Assembly (NCBI GenBank): GCA_032718475.1
Contig: JAUCBJ010008896.1
Coordinates: 1 to 64,000, forward strand
DNA: 64,000 bases
Source of the DNA: Nemertoderma westbladi
Taxonomy: Eukaryota > Animalia > Xenacoelomorpha
Direction of reading: 5' to 3'
Made by a program: the position numbers and the translations under genes. The notes below the pieces were generated by a model that saw only the letters and a program-made list of their open reading frames with translations, was not told where the DNA came from and ran no database searches. This document shows positions 49,679 to 62,000 of this stretch, one piece after another (position 1 is the stretch's first letter; every line of letters begins with the position of its first letter).

Positions 49679-50614
49679 AACAATGGCAAGGTGGAAAAAG
49701 CAGCTAAAGAATCGAGAATACTCATGGATGAGGAAAACATGGTAGATTATCTGAAAGAAAAGAAGTCTATAGAAACAGTAGTGGATCGGGATGCTCCGAT
49801 GCGAGGTGAAATTCCCTGCAAACAATTTAATGACAATGATAAATCCGGTCTTTATAAAAATGAATTGTATTCGCTAGGTGGGTATGTTTATTGCGATCTG
49901 GATTCGGATGGAGGAGCTTGGTTGGTAATCCAACGACGCGTCGACGATTCTGTCGACTTCGATCGCAACTGGGCAAACTACATCGCAGGATTTGGAAATG
50001 TGAGTAATAACTTCTTCCTTGGATTGGACGCCATTCATGAACTTTCTAAAGGCGGGTTTCCAATGCGAATTGATATTTGGGCAGATATAAGCTCTGCTCT
50101 TTCTGATGAATTTAAAAGTCAAGTTTTGACATACTATTGTCGTGGAAAATTTAAGAAAATACATGGCTTTGAATTACCATTTTGCTCCCAGGATCACAAA
50201 CAACACATGTATGCTTACTATAACAATTTCAGTGTAGGTTCAGCAGCTACTAATTACACATTAAATGCTTCGGGGTATTCTGGCAATGCAGGGGATATGA
50301 TTGCAGGTGAGACGGGTCTCAATCCTGATCACAAACCCTTGAAGGATTCCGATAGGAGATTTTATCCCAACAGTCAGCCGTTCAGTTCATTTGATCACAA
50401 CAGTGGCGTGATTAGAGAACTACCTCAACCCAATTTTTTTGATGACAAAGAGACCAACTGTGGCCGCAAATACCGATCAGGTTGGTGGTTTGCTCCTGGA
50501 AAATGTGTCTGGGGATCGAACTTAAATGATATAATGATAAGATTATATTGGCAATCGTATGCAGGATTTTATCCACTGGACAAGGTAGAAATCAAGATCA
50601 AAGTAGGAAACTAT
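49679..50614 (+). CDS. Exon 2: fibrinogen-related domain 1 (ficolin/angiopoietin/tachylectin-like)
   Basis: VYCD..GGAWLVIQRR.D.SVDFDRNW..Y..GFG..FFLGLD.IH, GYSGNAGD, GWWF..C..SNLN. Branch point ctaac at about 49643, acceptor ttttatag| at 49678 and donor TAT|GTAAGT at 50615. 312 codons, phase 0-0. Confidence 0.88.
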
Positions 50615-51234
50615 GTAAGTTGGTATTTTATATACAATATTTCATTTTCTAATTATTATTAACATTTGCTTATAATTTCTCATACTGAGGTTGAGGTCTA
50701 CCGCTTCTACCTTAGTCTAGATGCTCCTCTCTTGCTTCATATGAACTGATCCTTGGGATTGAGAGAACTGCTGAAAAATCTCGATACAAAAGGGAAAAGA
50801 TTGTCTACAGGTAGTGCTAAACTCTAGTGCTAAACAAAACCAGCAATACCTACCTAACAAATTACGTGGAAATCAGTAATCTTACATTTACATACATTAA
50901 GTCACAAAACCATAGCCCATCGAGATGAGTGAGTGAACATTAACAGTGAATGGTCTGGAAAATCGAAATCGAGAAAATCGTTGGGTCACAGCTGACAACA
51001 ACGACGCTATGAGCATAACAATACTCACATGCACAAGTGAGCCGGATGTGGTGATGGAGCCATCCAGGACCATCGGGGAACCACGTCCCATATAAGTCCA
51101 ACACCCAACCACATCAATAATTTGTGATTATACCTGATATTTAAAAAATAAATTTTTTAATTTTGAGACTTTTTTTACAAATAATAATTACAAAATTCTG
51201 TGTTGTTGTGCTGATAAAAGCTGTTCTATTGCAG

Positions 51235-51978
51235 GAAGTGCGACCTCAACCAGCTCCAACCACAACTTATCCAGAATACTTACGCGTTTGTTATGACGAA
51301 ACTCGTAGAAATTGCCCTGAACTGTCGGGAATTTGCTTAATTCTTAACTATAACGGACTATATATGGTTAGATGCAAAGGTTGGCGGGTTGATATACAGA
51401 GGCAAACGAGAAACGACAATATTAATTTTAACCGGGATTGGTCTGAATATCGAAATGGATTCGGTAGCATTATAGGTGGAAGTTACTGGCTGGGCTTAGA
51501 AAACATAAGAAAACTCGTAAATTTTACACCCAGAAAAGTTAGAAAAGTTGGCTTAGGTGTTAGTTTGTATTATAATGATGGATATTACTACTGCAGCTCA
51601 TATACTGGTTTCAGTCTTACTGGACCCGAATACAAACTTTCTGTATCTGGCTACTATCAACCCAGTTCCTACAATGGTATAGATAATGTAGACAATCCCC
51701 CAGTATACCAAATATACGATACTTTAACGCCTTTGAATGGAGTTGGTTTCAGCACAAAAGATCGTGACCATGATGAATGGCCATCTGGAAGTATGGTTGG
51801 GTACTGGACCAGTGGAGGCTGGTGGTATAAGTACTATATAGGTAGTAATCTTAACGGCCTGAAATACAGTTACAAATACAAGAAATACCCATCATACGGA
51901 ATCCATTGGTATTCATATTTAAGGTTTTACAAGGCACAAGGATCGGAAATGTGGATTGATTTCGATCCAGGTTCCTAA
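51235..51978 (+). CDS. Exon 3: Pro/Thr linker plus fibrinogen-related domain 2
   Basis: Acceptor ttctattgcag| at 51234 is in frame (phase 0). GW..IQR..NFNRDWSEYRNGFG..YWLGLENI, FSTKDRDHD, GGWWY..SNLNG, GIHW. Confidence 0.88.
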   Translation, partial: EVRPQPAPTTTYPEYLRVCYDETRRNCPELSGICLILNYNGLYMVRCKGWRVDIQRQTRNDNINFNRDWSEYRNGFGSIIGGSYWLGLENIRKLVNFTPRKVRKVGLGVSLYYNDGYYYCSSYTGFSLTGPEYKLSVSGYYQPSSYNGIDNVDNPPVYQIYDTLTPLNGVGFSTKDRDHDEWPSGSMVGYWTSGGWWYKYYIGSNLNGLKYSYKYKKYPSYGIHWYSYLRFYKAQGSEMWIDFDPGS

Positions 51979-52927
51979 TTAGACAATGATTGTTGATTAC
52001 ACAGGTCGCACGATCAGGCTATAATGTTGATTTTTTTTTTCTTAGGCCTACTTTCTTGGTGATTGTTTTTAAATTATGGTTAAAATACTATTGTACAACA
52101 TCTTATGTTAGATATTCTAGTTTGTACAGATATACTATGGTTAGGTGATGAGTAAAACGTGACCATAGAGCCAGAACAAAACAAACCACAATTTTTCAAA
52201 ATGTTTCACCAAAATTAAGCAATATGGCATTATGCATCTTCGATGTAAAACCATTATGTATTGGACACTTTATATGTATTTGTCATAATAGGAGAACCGG
52301 AACAGGAAACATAGTCAAGAGTAAAATAACAAAGGTAAAACAACCCGCATCTTACAAAAGATATGTTATTACCCAAATTGATTTGCGTTGTTTACTCTCT
52401 TTGATAAAATCTCAGGGGAAAAACAACCTGAACTGCTTTATAGTAAGTAATGATAATGTTAACTATTAATACATGTTACAAAAAACATGTAACTATTAAT
52501 ATAGTTAAAAAAAACATATTTTCTATCATTGAAATTTAAAATGATATTCTGATACCCATTGTCCATTTTTTAATTACCTATTGTATCTTCCAAACTTCTG
52601 TGCATAAATTTAATTATGAGACGGGATCCACATTGAGAAAAATGACATGGTTTTTTATTAGAGATTGTCTGTAAGTGATACTGTACATTTGGTCAGTATT
52701 GTTCTGGATCTATAGTCATCATAATGTGGCCTTTTATAAAAAGGGATAGGTGGAATTTGTGACAATACCTAAAAACGGTGATAACAGTCAGCCAGAGTAA
52801 AAAAAAAATGGTTGACCATTATCAAAAATGGCCATAAACAATGTGAATAATAGTAGATCACAGTGCTAAAAGTAATTCTGCCAAGTTTCAGCTCCGCATA
52901 TCGCCGACAAGTCGTAGGAAAACAGTC

Positions 52928-53371
52928 AAACGTCTGGTGACAACACACAAAATGTCCGGACAACACTCTAAATCATGAATTCAGTATTCGGCAATACAGG
53001 TAGAGGTAGATTAATATTTTAATACGCCAGGCCAGACGCCAGTCTGCCTGTAATTTACTTTTATACTGAAAGTAACTCGCTGGTTCGCAACCTTAGCGTA
53101 CCGCTGTTGCTGGTACGGGTAGCCTATCACTATTTCAACCTTGGCTTATAAATTAATACCATCAAATTCCGGAATGTTTATTAGCCTTCAAACTTTCCGC
53201 GACAGATCGACCAACAGACAGAAGGACGGACAAGAGTTGAAAGAAATCCATAAACTACATAATTATATACTGTACAATACTGTAGGCCTAACTGGTAAGC
53301 AGTATTGCAGAATACTGAATTCATGATTTAGAGTGTTGTCCGGACATTTTGTGTGTACCCACCAGACGTTT
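52928..53371. mobile_element. MITE-like inverted repeat element
   Basis: Perfect 46-bp arms at 52944-52989 and 53310-53355, with imperfect extension on both sides. Confidence 0.7.
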
Positions 53372-53967
53372 CAACTACACGCCACTCGAAGCCACCCGCA
53401 CACCGGATAATGACCTAATAATTTACCGCACCAAGAATATAAATATCTACGAGTCATTTCAGTCAACACTGGTTGTAAACTAGCTTTATCTCTACGATAC
53501 CACATGAGTAAATCGTTATAACGAACCTGCCTATTAATAGGCCAGGGTAGTTCTTGTCAAGAGTTGAGCCGTTTAAAAACACGATGTGGTTGTGTGTGTG
53601 TATGTATAACCATCCAATATCTCAAAAACTCAAGCAGGTAAGCAAAAATTTTAATAACAAACTCTCCATAAATTTTGGTTGCGCACAAGACTATATTTTT
53701 TGTGGCGTTTCGATCACAGGGTCACTGAAAAATAGCGGTTTTGAAAATTTAAAGTCGAATTTCACCGATTTCAACTCGTCGAGTAGGCACCAACTTTTTT
53801 ATTTGAGATATTCAGTCACCTGAGCAACATATTTGAGACTCAGAATCTTTTCAAATATCGCCAATCTCGCACAGAACGTCGCCAAAATTTGTTAGTCCGG
53901 CAAAAAAACGCACAAATTCGTCTAAAAGAGTAAATTATTTAGTTGCGGAATAATATGATTCAACTAC

Positions 53968-54421
53968 TGTAGAAAAGCCAGCCAGCTGGCTGTAAGGAGA
54001 CCGTCCATATAGACAAACGTAGTGTTAGTTGTGTCCCTCCTCATTCATTATCATCAACTCCCTCCCACCTACCATAGCAGTGAGGAACCTTATAGACTAT
54101 TGTCATAGGATTCACTGGGAAGAGGTATTCATCTGGTGGGGTAATACATTATACAAACTTACAGTTGATGTTTGATTACTGTCTGGGTTACAGGGTTAGA
54201 GTGAGAGAGTAATCAATTTGGCAAGTAATATACTTCTCTGCAGTTTTGGCTATCCATTCAATAAATAGTAGTAGCTTACTAGGCCCACATGAGTACCAGC
54301 AGCTGGTGTTTCTATCGTTGAGTTGAAGGCAATTATCGTGTTTTCATTTTCGCTCACTCAGGGTACTGCGGTACTGGTTTGAGGGGCAGGTTCGTTTAAA
54401 GCCAGCTTGCTGGCTTTCTAG
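53968..54421. repeat. Probable LTR (solo or remnant) with terminal inverted repeats
   Basis: Starts tgtagaaaagccagccagctggc and ends gccagcttgctggctttcta. It abuts the truncated RT. No second copy was found in the window. Confidence 0.45.
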
Positions 54422-56677
54422 TATTTGTACACGTGTAAACCTAAAACATCATTATCAATTATACTCACAGGTAACTTTGTATCCAAACCATACGTATTTA
54501 ATGCTTCTTGCACTAAAATACTAGGAACAATGGTTTCATCTACATCTATGTCATCAACGTAAAAATCAACAGCACAAGATGGAAAGTTATGCACGTGTAA
54601 AACAAATTCTACAATAGTTTCAATCTCTAATCCGAAACCCATTCTTGTCATAACATAAACTTTGTTATGAAATAAAACAGCCTGATATTTAATTAAATTC
54701 GGCTCAAGCCGAATCTGTAAATACGCTTTCTTAATGTCTATGATAGAACAATCAGAGGACCGTTGCCTACAATTTCGTATTTTATCACTACAAATGCTCA
54801 TCTGCTGACCGGGATAACTTACAATACACCGATTTAATAGAGTATAATCTAACACCGGTCTAACAGGTGTAGTTATCTTATGTTCTTTTACTACAGGCAG
54901 CAGTGGCAATACACATTGAATTTCGCCATGTATATTTGCATTATATTCTATTAAAATTTCATTGTCCATCCAAGAATTAATTTCTTTGTCTAACATTGGA
55001 ATATGTATATCGGACAACCGAACTCCATAGTCTCCAATGCCACTACCTACTTTTCTGGGTGGTGGAATTCCATCATTCCAAATCCACTCCAAAACCCAGT
55101 ACTTACAAGATTTAATAAATTTACCTTAAAGTCAGTTTCAGTAATTGTTACGTCACCATTTTCATGATATATAGCATGTGCTGTACTAGACTTAAATTGT
55201 TTGATCTTATTCAAACCTGAGTCAATTACAGGTTTAGACGGTATAGGCACATCATTTTTACTACTTTCTATCAATTGTACTGTAGCACCGGAATTATCTA
55301 CAGTAACATCAATGGAATTATCTACTGTGGCACCAATTGAATTTTTTTACGATAGCACCAATGGAATTTTCTACTGTTACGTTTTCGTCACATTTCATTG
55401 AACAAGTATTAAACAAAATAGCATCTACTGATACACCATTGGTTGATATAATATTAACACCTCCGACATGCAATATTACATCAATTCCCATTAGTAAATC
55501 GACACCAAATATTTCACAACCATGAACTACCCAAGCTTCAATTTGAAGCGCTTCACTTACACCGGGGTAAATTGTATAGCAAAATATGTACTTTGCCAAC
55601 AACTTTTACGGAATTACCATTTAATATAAACAAATTTTCAGATAAATTATTTGAAAATTTTGCACCTACTTTCTTATTCAGAAATCCCGAGGATATTATG
55701 GTATGTGAGCAAAATGTATCTACTCCTATATTACAATCATATTGATCGTTTTCCTGTGGAAACGAAAGTCTTGCTTTCAACACAGGTAAATGATTTCGGG
55801 GGGTTGAAGCGTAACTTACAACCCCCCCGCCCCCCGTTTCCCGAATCTCTAGATGGACATTCCTTCGCCATATGACCGACCCCGTTGCATCGATAGCACT
55901 TAACAGTTTTATCCTTAAAGCAACGTGAAGCGATATGACCTTGATTTCCGCAGTTGTTACACAGCATACCTTTTGGTTTACTCTGCGTCCGATAACCGCT
56001 AGATGGCACACGATGTTCGATGTTACTTGCTTTAACTCTCAACGCCCCAACCGGAAAATCAAACTTCTCATTCACACTTCGGCTCGCTACTATCCTCCTC
56101 GCCTTCTGGACTAGATCTTCGACACTCATGACTGAATCCTCTGCAGAAGTCATAGTGACTAATTGACTGCTTACGTCTGGCGGTAAACCGTATATGAATT
56201 GACATTTAAGAATTGGATCCATTTTATGGATATCTGACGGTTTTATTCCCGTCAACAATAACAACCTCTTCAAATCTGACAAGTATACTTCTATAGTCTC
56301 ACCTGAATTCCACCTTCTACTAATATATTGTGAGTATGCTTGTGTAGGGGTTGCAGAAAAAGCCGAAGTTAATACCGCAACAACGTTGGTGTAACTCTCC
56401 TTAACATCCGATTGCAAATTGGTCGTAAACTACGAATGCGGGTCCTTCGAGAAACAATGGCAGGTTAGTTTTCCAGGTGATCCCACTTTTGAATTTTCGA
56501 TACCAGTTCGAATTTCTTAAGCCATTCCCTAAAATGAACGTCTCCTTCCCCATTGAATGGATGAATGATCCTATCTACTGTAGTTTGAGAGCCATTTGTG
56601 ATAAATCCAACAGCAGCTAATCCGATACTGTTGAAAATCCAAATGCAGCTACAGTTATTTGTGCTCAAATAGCACAT
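54418..56677 (-). pseudogene. Decayed Ty3/Gypsy gag-protease-RT
   Basis: Gag PFNGEGD..WLKKFELV, two CCHC knuckles (CNNCGNQGHIASRC, CYRCNGVGHMAKEC), protease VDTFCS..DLLMGID, and RT RPVLDY, DIKKAYLQI, RMGFGL, YVDDI. Frameshifts; no RH or IN. Confidence 0.88.
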
Positions 56678-58359
56678 ATAACCCTGCTAAAATCCATACC
56701 GGTAATGATTGCAGAAAACACCCGCTACAAAGGGAAATCTAAATATTTTAGTTGATAATTTTCTACAACTTTCTGGCAATAATGCGAGATACCCACTCGC
56801 TTAAATAATTTATTTTACAACAACCCAGTAATCCAGTTGGAATCCCGACTCGATCCGATCGGCAGTGTAATTCAAATAGTGGCGAGGTCCAAAACAATAT
56901 TACATAATTTTATCCGAAAATATTCTAGAATGAAACCGTTTTATAGTTTTGCAATGTAAAAATGTATGTTTCTAGTAAGGGGGTTTTGGCATAGATAGAT
57001 CAAAATAATGTTTATCACCATTTGGCTTTTGTTTGACGCAAGTATCGTTGTTCATCAAGCAGCAGGTAAGGGAAAAAGGGTAAACCTTGGCTTCGCTATA
57101 CAAATGTACCTGTAGGAATTGTGAAATGGGTTAAAATGAGATGAGAAAATAAAATACGGTTCCGTGATGATAAAAACTTATTTTTTGTTCACCTCCCAAG
57201 ACCGTAGGTAACGATAGTAAGCCGAAACTTGGTATATATATTTATTTCTCAACGCCAAGCTAATCCCACAACAAACCATCAGGGCATGAATGAATAAAGC
57301 AAAATAAAACCCAATGAACCCTCACAAAGAAGCTCACAAACTAGGGCGCTAATCCTGTAGTAACAATCAGGACGCACCTCCCGAACCTCCCTTATTTGGC
57401 TTAGCCTAATCACACCGCACAATTTTTAGCTAGGCGCCTACACTTCACCACTTACCCCTGCTGCCCTGTTATCAGTCACAATTGACCTCATAACTTGACA
57501 CCTGGTAGTAAATGCAAAGGGTAACAAAGTCAACTGTGCCCCTTTTTTGGGCCCCAAAATAAACGCCAAGCAACTAAATTACTGTAATGCCAAATGCGGT
57601 TAATCTCCCCTATTTTAAAACAAATACAACGCTTACTGCAGTGGCTGGCCTGGTACAATAGTTCAACTTCCCTGATTTTTGTTAGCTAACGCATCTCAGA
57701 CTTTCCCCCTTTCACGTTCCATAGGCCTGCGTCGGGCCTAGATGAGCCCTACTCCATATCACAGGGATTCACCGCCTTCAAGGTTGCAAGGTACGACAGC
57801 ACGGTCTGACGGTAGGCTCTGCACAGCACTGACCGCGGACTAGGTTTTAAAAGTCTGTATTGTTGATCAGCACATTGCAGAATATTAATATGTAAAATTA
57901 ATTAAATTTAAATTGTATAATCAGTCAGGCAGCACCGGACCGGTACATATTCCAGTACAGCAGTACACAAGTACAGTACCTAAAGATAACTAAGCTAATC
58001 TAATGCCTTTCGATAAGAATATTACAATGGCGTGTACTCTCGCCAACAATTTGCTTGCGGTGATAGCTTGTAGAAAATAGTTCAGAGTTTTGTTACACAG
58101 TCGGTATAATATCTAAGTATATAACGAAAAAATAATATATAAATATACAGTATTACAACTCTACGATAAACGTCACCAGTATCTTTCTACTCCTACTCAA
58201 TATCCCTCACCACTCTAAACCCCCATCCACCTTACAGCGCAATACCTTCTCCTTTACTCATACAGCTGACCCCCCTTACATTCACAATATAACTATCGCA
58301 TACTTTCGATTCCTAATTAACTAATAATTGGTAAACTACAGTAATAATGTTTTCATCAC

Positions 58360-59030
58360 ACGGACAATTCGGTCAAAAATATTTAGTGTTTTGGGACCGA
58401 ATTGTCTGGGACCGTATTGCCAGGGACCGAATTGTACAGGACCGTATTGTGGGGACCGAATTGCCCTACATCCATACCGTACAAGCGTAGCAATAATTTC
58501 GTTTTAGTTTTTTAAGGGGAACTAACTTTACAACATAATTTATGGGTCTCATAATACCATGGCAGCATGAGATCTTTATTGCTTGGTCTTTATTTGTTTA
58601 TGGAAACCAATATCCATACCTTATGTAACAGCTGGCAGCTTCTTAGTAGGAATATAGATGTTGGTCTATCAGACCCTTTGCTACATAATCTCATAAAACA
58701 GACGAATTATATACTAATATAAACGAATCTTTCTAATAACATTGAGCTACTTTGATCCAAAATGCAGCAGGCAGCAATGCATATACTGTATGTTTCGGTA
58801 TTGATTGGATATTATATAACATATAGGAGTCGTGTTAAATTCATTCAAAGAAAGATTGTATTCTACATTGTTTATTGTAATTCTATAATAATGTTAAAGG
58901 CAACTATTATTCTAGTTTTAGCTCTGGTAGCAGTTTTACCTTTGGAGTGCCTTGGAGAGAACATTGGGGTCTCAAACAAAATGGTTGAAAGAGGCAATGT
59001 TAGTTTGTTTTTAAGGCAGATCTACCCTCA
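58360..59030 (+). repeat. Segmental duplicate of about 8470-9190 (foldback right end, promoter and exon 1)
   Basis: Near-identical sequence, including the element terminus cctacatcc plus ataccgtac, the upstream region, the exon and the start of the minisatellite. Confidence 0.93.
58891..58998 (+). CDS. Exon 1 (signal peptide) of a second paralogous gene, continuing beyond the window
   Basis: Same 36 codons as 9047-9154 with one D>V change. GTTAGT donor at 58999. Confidence 0.62.
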
Positions 59031-62000
59031 CTGCGTCCCAACTCCTCCCTGATCTCCCTACCCCCACTGCGTCCCAACTCCTCTCTGATCTCCCTACCCT
59101 CACTGCGTCCCAACTCCTCTCTGATCTCCCTACCCTCACTGCGTCCCAACTCCTCACTGATCTCCCTACCCTCACTGCGTCCCAACTCCTCTCTGATCTC
59201 CCTACCCTCACTGCTTCCCAACTCCTCTCTGATCTCCCTACCCTCACTGCGTCCCAACTCCTCTCTGATCTCCCTACCCCCACTGCTTCCCAACTCCTCT
59301 CTGATCTCCCTACCCACACTGCTTCCCAACTCCTCTCTGATCTCCCTACCCTCACTGCGTCCCAACTCCTCTCTATGATCTCCCTACCCTCACTGCTTCC
59401 CAACTCCTCTCTGATCTCCCTACCCTCACTGCTTCCCAACTCCTCTCTGATCTCCCTACCCTCACTGCGTCCCAACTCCTCTCTGATCTCCCTACCCCCA
59501 CTGCTTCCCAACTCCTCTCTGATCTCCCTACCCCCACTGCGTCCCAACTCCTCTCTAATCTCCCTACCCTCACTGCTTCCCAACTCCTCTCTGATCTCCC
59601 TACCCCCACTGCTTCCCAACTCCTCACTGATCTCCCTACCCTCACTGCGTCCCAACTCCTCTCTAATCTCCCTACCCTCACTGCTTCCCAACTCCTCTCT
59701 GATCTCCCTACCCCCACTGCTTCCCAACTCCTCTCTGATCTCCCTACCCCCACTGCGTCCCAACTCCTCTCTAATCTCCCTACCCTCACTGCGTCCCAAC
59801 TCCTCTCTGATCTCCCTACCCCCACTGCTTCCCAACTCCTCTCTGATCTCCCTACCCCCACTGCGTCCCAACTCCTCTCTAATCTCCCTACCCTCACTGC
59901 TTCCCAACTCCTCTCTGATCTCCCTACCCCCACTGCTTCCCAACTCCTCACTGATCTCCCTACCCCCACTGCGTCCCAACTCCTCTCTAATCTCCCTACC
60001 CTCACTGCGTCCCAACTCCTCTCTGATCTCCCTACCCCCACTGCTTCCCAACTCCTCTCTGATCTCCCTACCCCCACTGCGTCCCAACTCCTCTCTAATC
60101 TCCCTACCCTCACTGCTTCCCAACTCCTCTCTGATCTCCCTACCCCCACTGCTTCCCAACTCCTCTCTGATCTCCCTACCCTCACTGCGTCCCAACTCCT
60201 CTCTAATCTCCCTACCCTCACTGCTTCCCAACTCCTCACTGATCTCCCTACCCCCACTGCTTCCCAACTCCTCTCTGATCTCCCTACCCCCACTGCGTCC
60301 CAACTCCTCTCTAATCTCCCTACCCTCACTGCTTCCCAACTCCTCTCTGATCTCCCTACCCCCACTGCTTCCCAACTCCTCTCTGATCTCCCTACCCTCA
60401 CTGCGTCCCAACTCCTCTCTATGATCTCCCTACCCTCACTGCTTCCCAACTCCTCTCTGATCTCCCTACCCTCACTGCGTCCCAACTCCTCTCTGATCTC
60501 CCTACCCCCACTGCTTCCCAACTCCTCTCTGATCTCCCTACCCACACTGCTTCCCAACTCCTCTCTGATCTCCCTACCCTCACTGCGTCCCAACTCCTCT
60601 CTATGATCTCCCTACCCTCACTGCTTCCCAACTCCTCTCTGATCTCCCTACCCTCACTGCTTCCCAACTCCTCTCTGATCTCCCTACCCTCACTGCGTCC
60701 CAACTCCTCTCTGATCTCCCTACCCCCACTGCTTCCCAACTCCTCTCTGATCTCCCTACCCCCACTGCGTCCCAACTCCTCTCTAATCTCCCTACCCTCA
60801 CTGCTTCCCAACTCCTCTCTGATCTCCCTAACCCCACTGCTTCCCAACTCCTCACTGATCTCCCTACCCCCACTGCGTCCCAACTCCTCTCTAATCTCCC
60901 TACCCTCACTGCTTCCCAACTCCTCTCTGATCTCCCTACCCCCACTGCTTCCCAACTCCTCACTGATCTCCCTACCCTCACTGCTTCCCAACTCCTCACC
61001 GATCTCCCTACCCTCACTGCTTCCCAACTCCTCACCGATCTCCCTACCCTCACTGCTTCCCAACTCCTCACTGACCTCCCTACCCTCACTGCTTCCCAAC
61101 TCCTCTCTGATCTCCCTACCCTCACTGCGTCCCAACTCCTCTCTATGATCTCCCTACCCTCACTGCTTCCCAACTCCTCTCTGATCTCCCTACCCTCACT
61201 GCGTCCCAACTCCTCTCTGATCTCCCTACCCCCACTGCTTCCCAACTCCTCTCTGATCTCCCTACCATCACTGCGTCCCAACTCCTCTCTGATCTCCCTA
61301 CCCTCACTGCGTCCCAACTCCTCTCTGATCTCCCTACCCCCACTGCTTCCCAACTCCTCTCTGATCTCCCTACCCTCACTGCGTCCCAACTCCTCTCTGA
61401 TCTCCCTACCCCCACTGCTTCCCAACTCCTCTCTGACATCCCTACCCTCACTGCTTCCCAACTCCTCTCTGACATCCCTACCCTCACTGCGTCCCAACTC
61501 CTCTCTATGATCTCCCTACCCTCACTGCTTCCCAACTCCTCTCTGATCTCCCTACCCCCACTGCTTCCCAACTCCTCTCTGATCTCCCTACCCCCACTGC
61601 GTCCCAACTCCTCTCTAATCTCCCTATCCTCACTGCTTCCCAACTCCTCTCTGATCTCCCTACCCCCACTGCTTCCCAACTCCTCTCTGATCTCCCTACC
61701 CTCACTGCGTCCCAACTCCTCTCTATGATCTCCCTACCCTCACTGCTTCCCAACTCCTCTCTGATCTCCCTACCCTCACTGCGTCCCAACTCCTCTCTGA
61801 TCTCCCTACCCCCACTGCTTCCCAACTCCTCTCTGATCTCCCTACCCCCACTGCTTCCCAACTCCTCTCTGATCTCCCTACCCTCACTGCGTCCCAACTC
61901 CTCTCTATGATCTCCCTACCCTCACTGCTTCCCAACTCCTCTCTGATCTCCCTACCCTCACTGCTTCCCAACTCCTCTCTGATCTCCCTACCCTCACTGC

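Noticed and set aside
51163-51234. Hydrophobic N-terminus suggesting FReD2 is a separate gene with its own signal peptide
   Set aside because: There is no ATG (TTG start only). The segment ends in a good in-frame acceptor matching the upstream GTAAGT donor.
57340-57800. 5' LTR and tRNA-Lys-like PBS of the Gypsy remnant (minus strand tagcgccc next to ...ctaca)
   Set aside because: The PBS is mismatched, and no matching second LTR could be aligned with 53968-54421.
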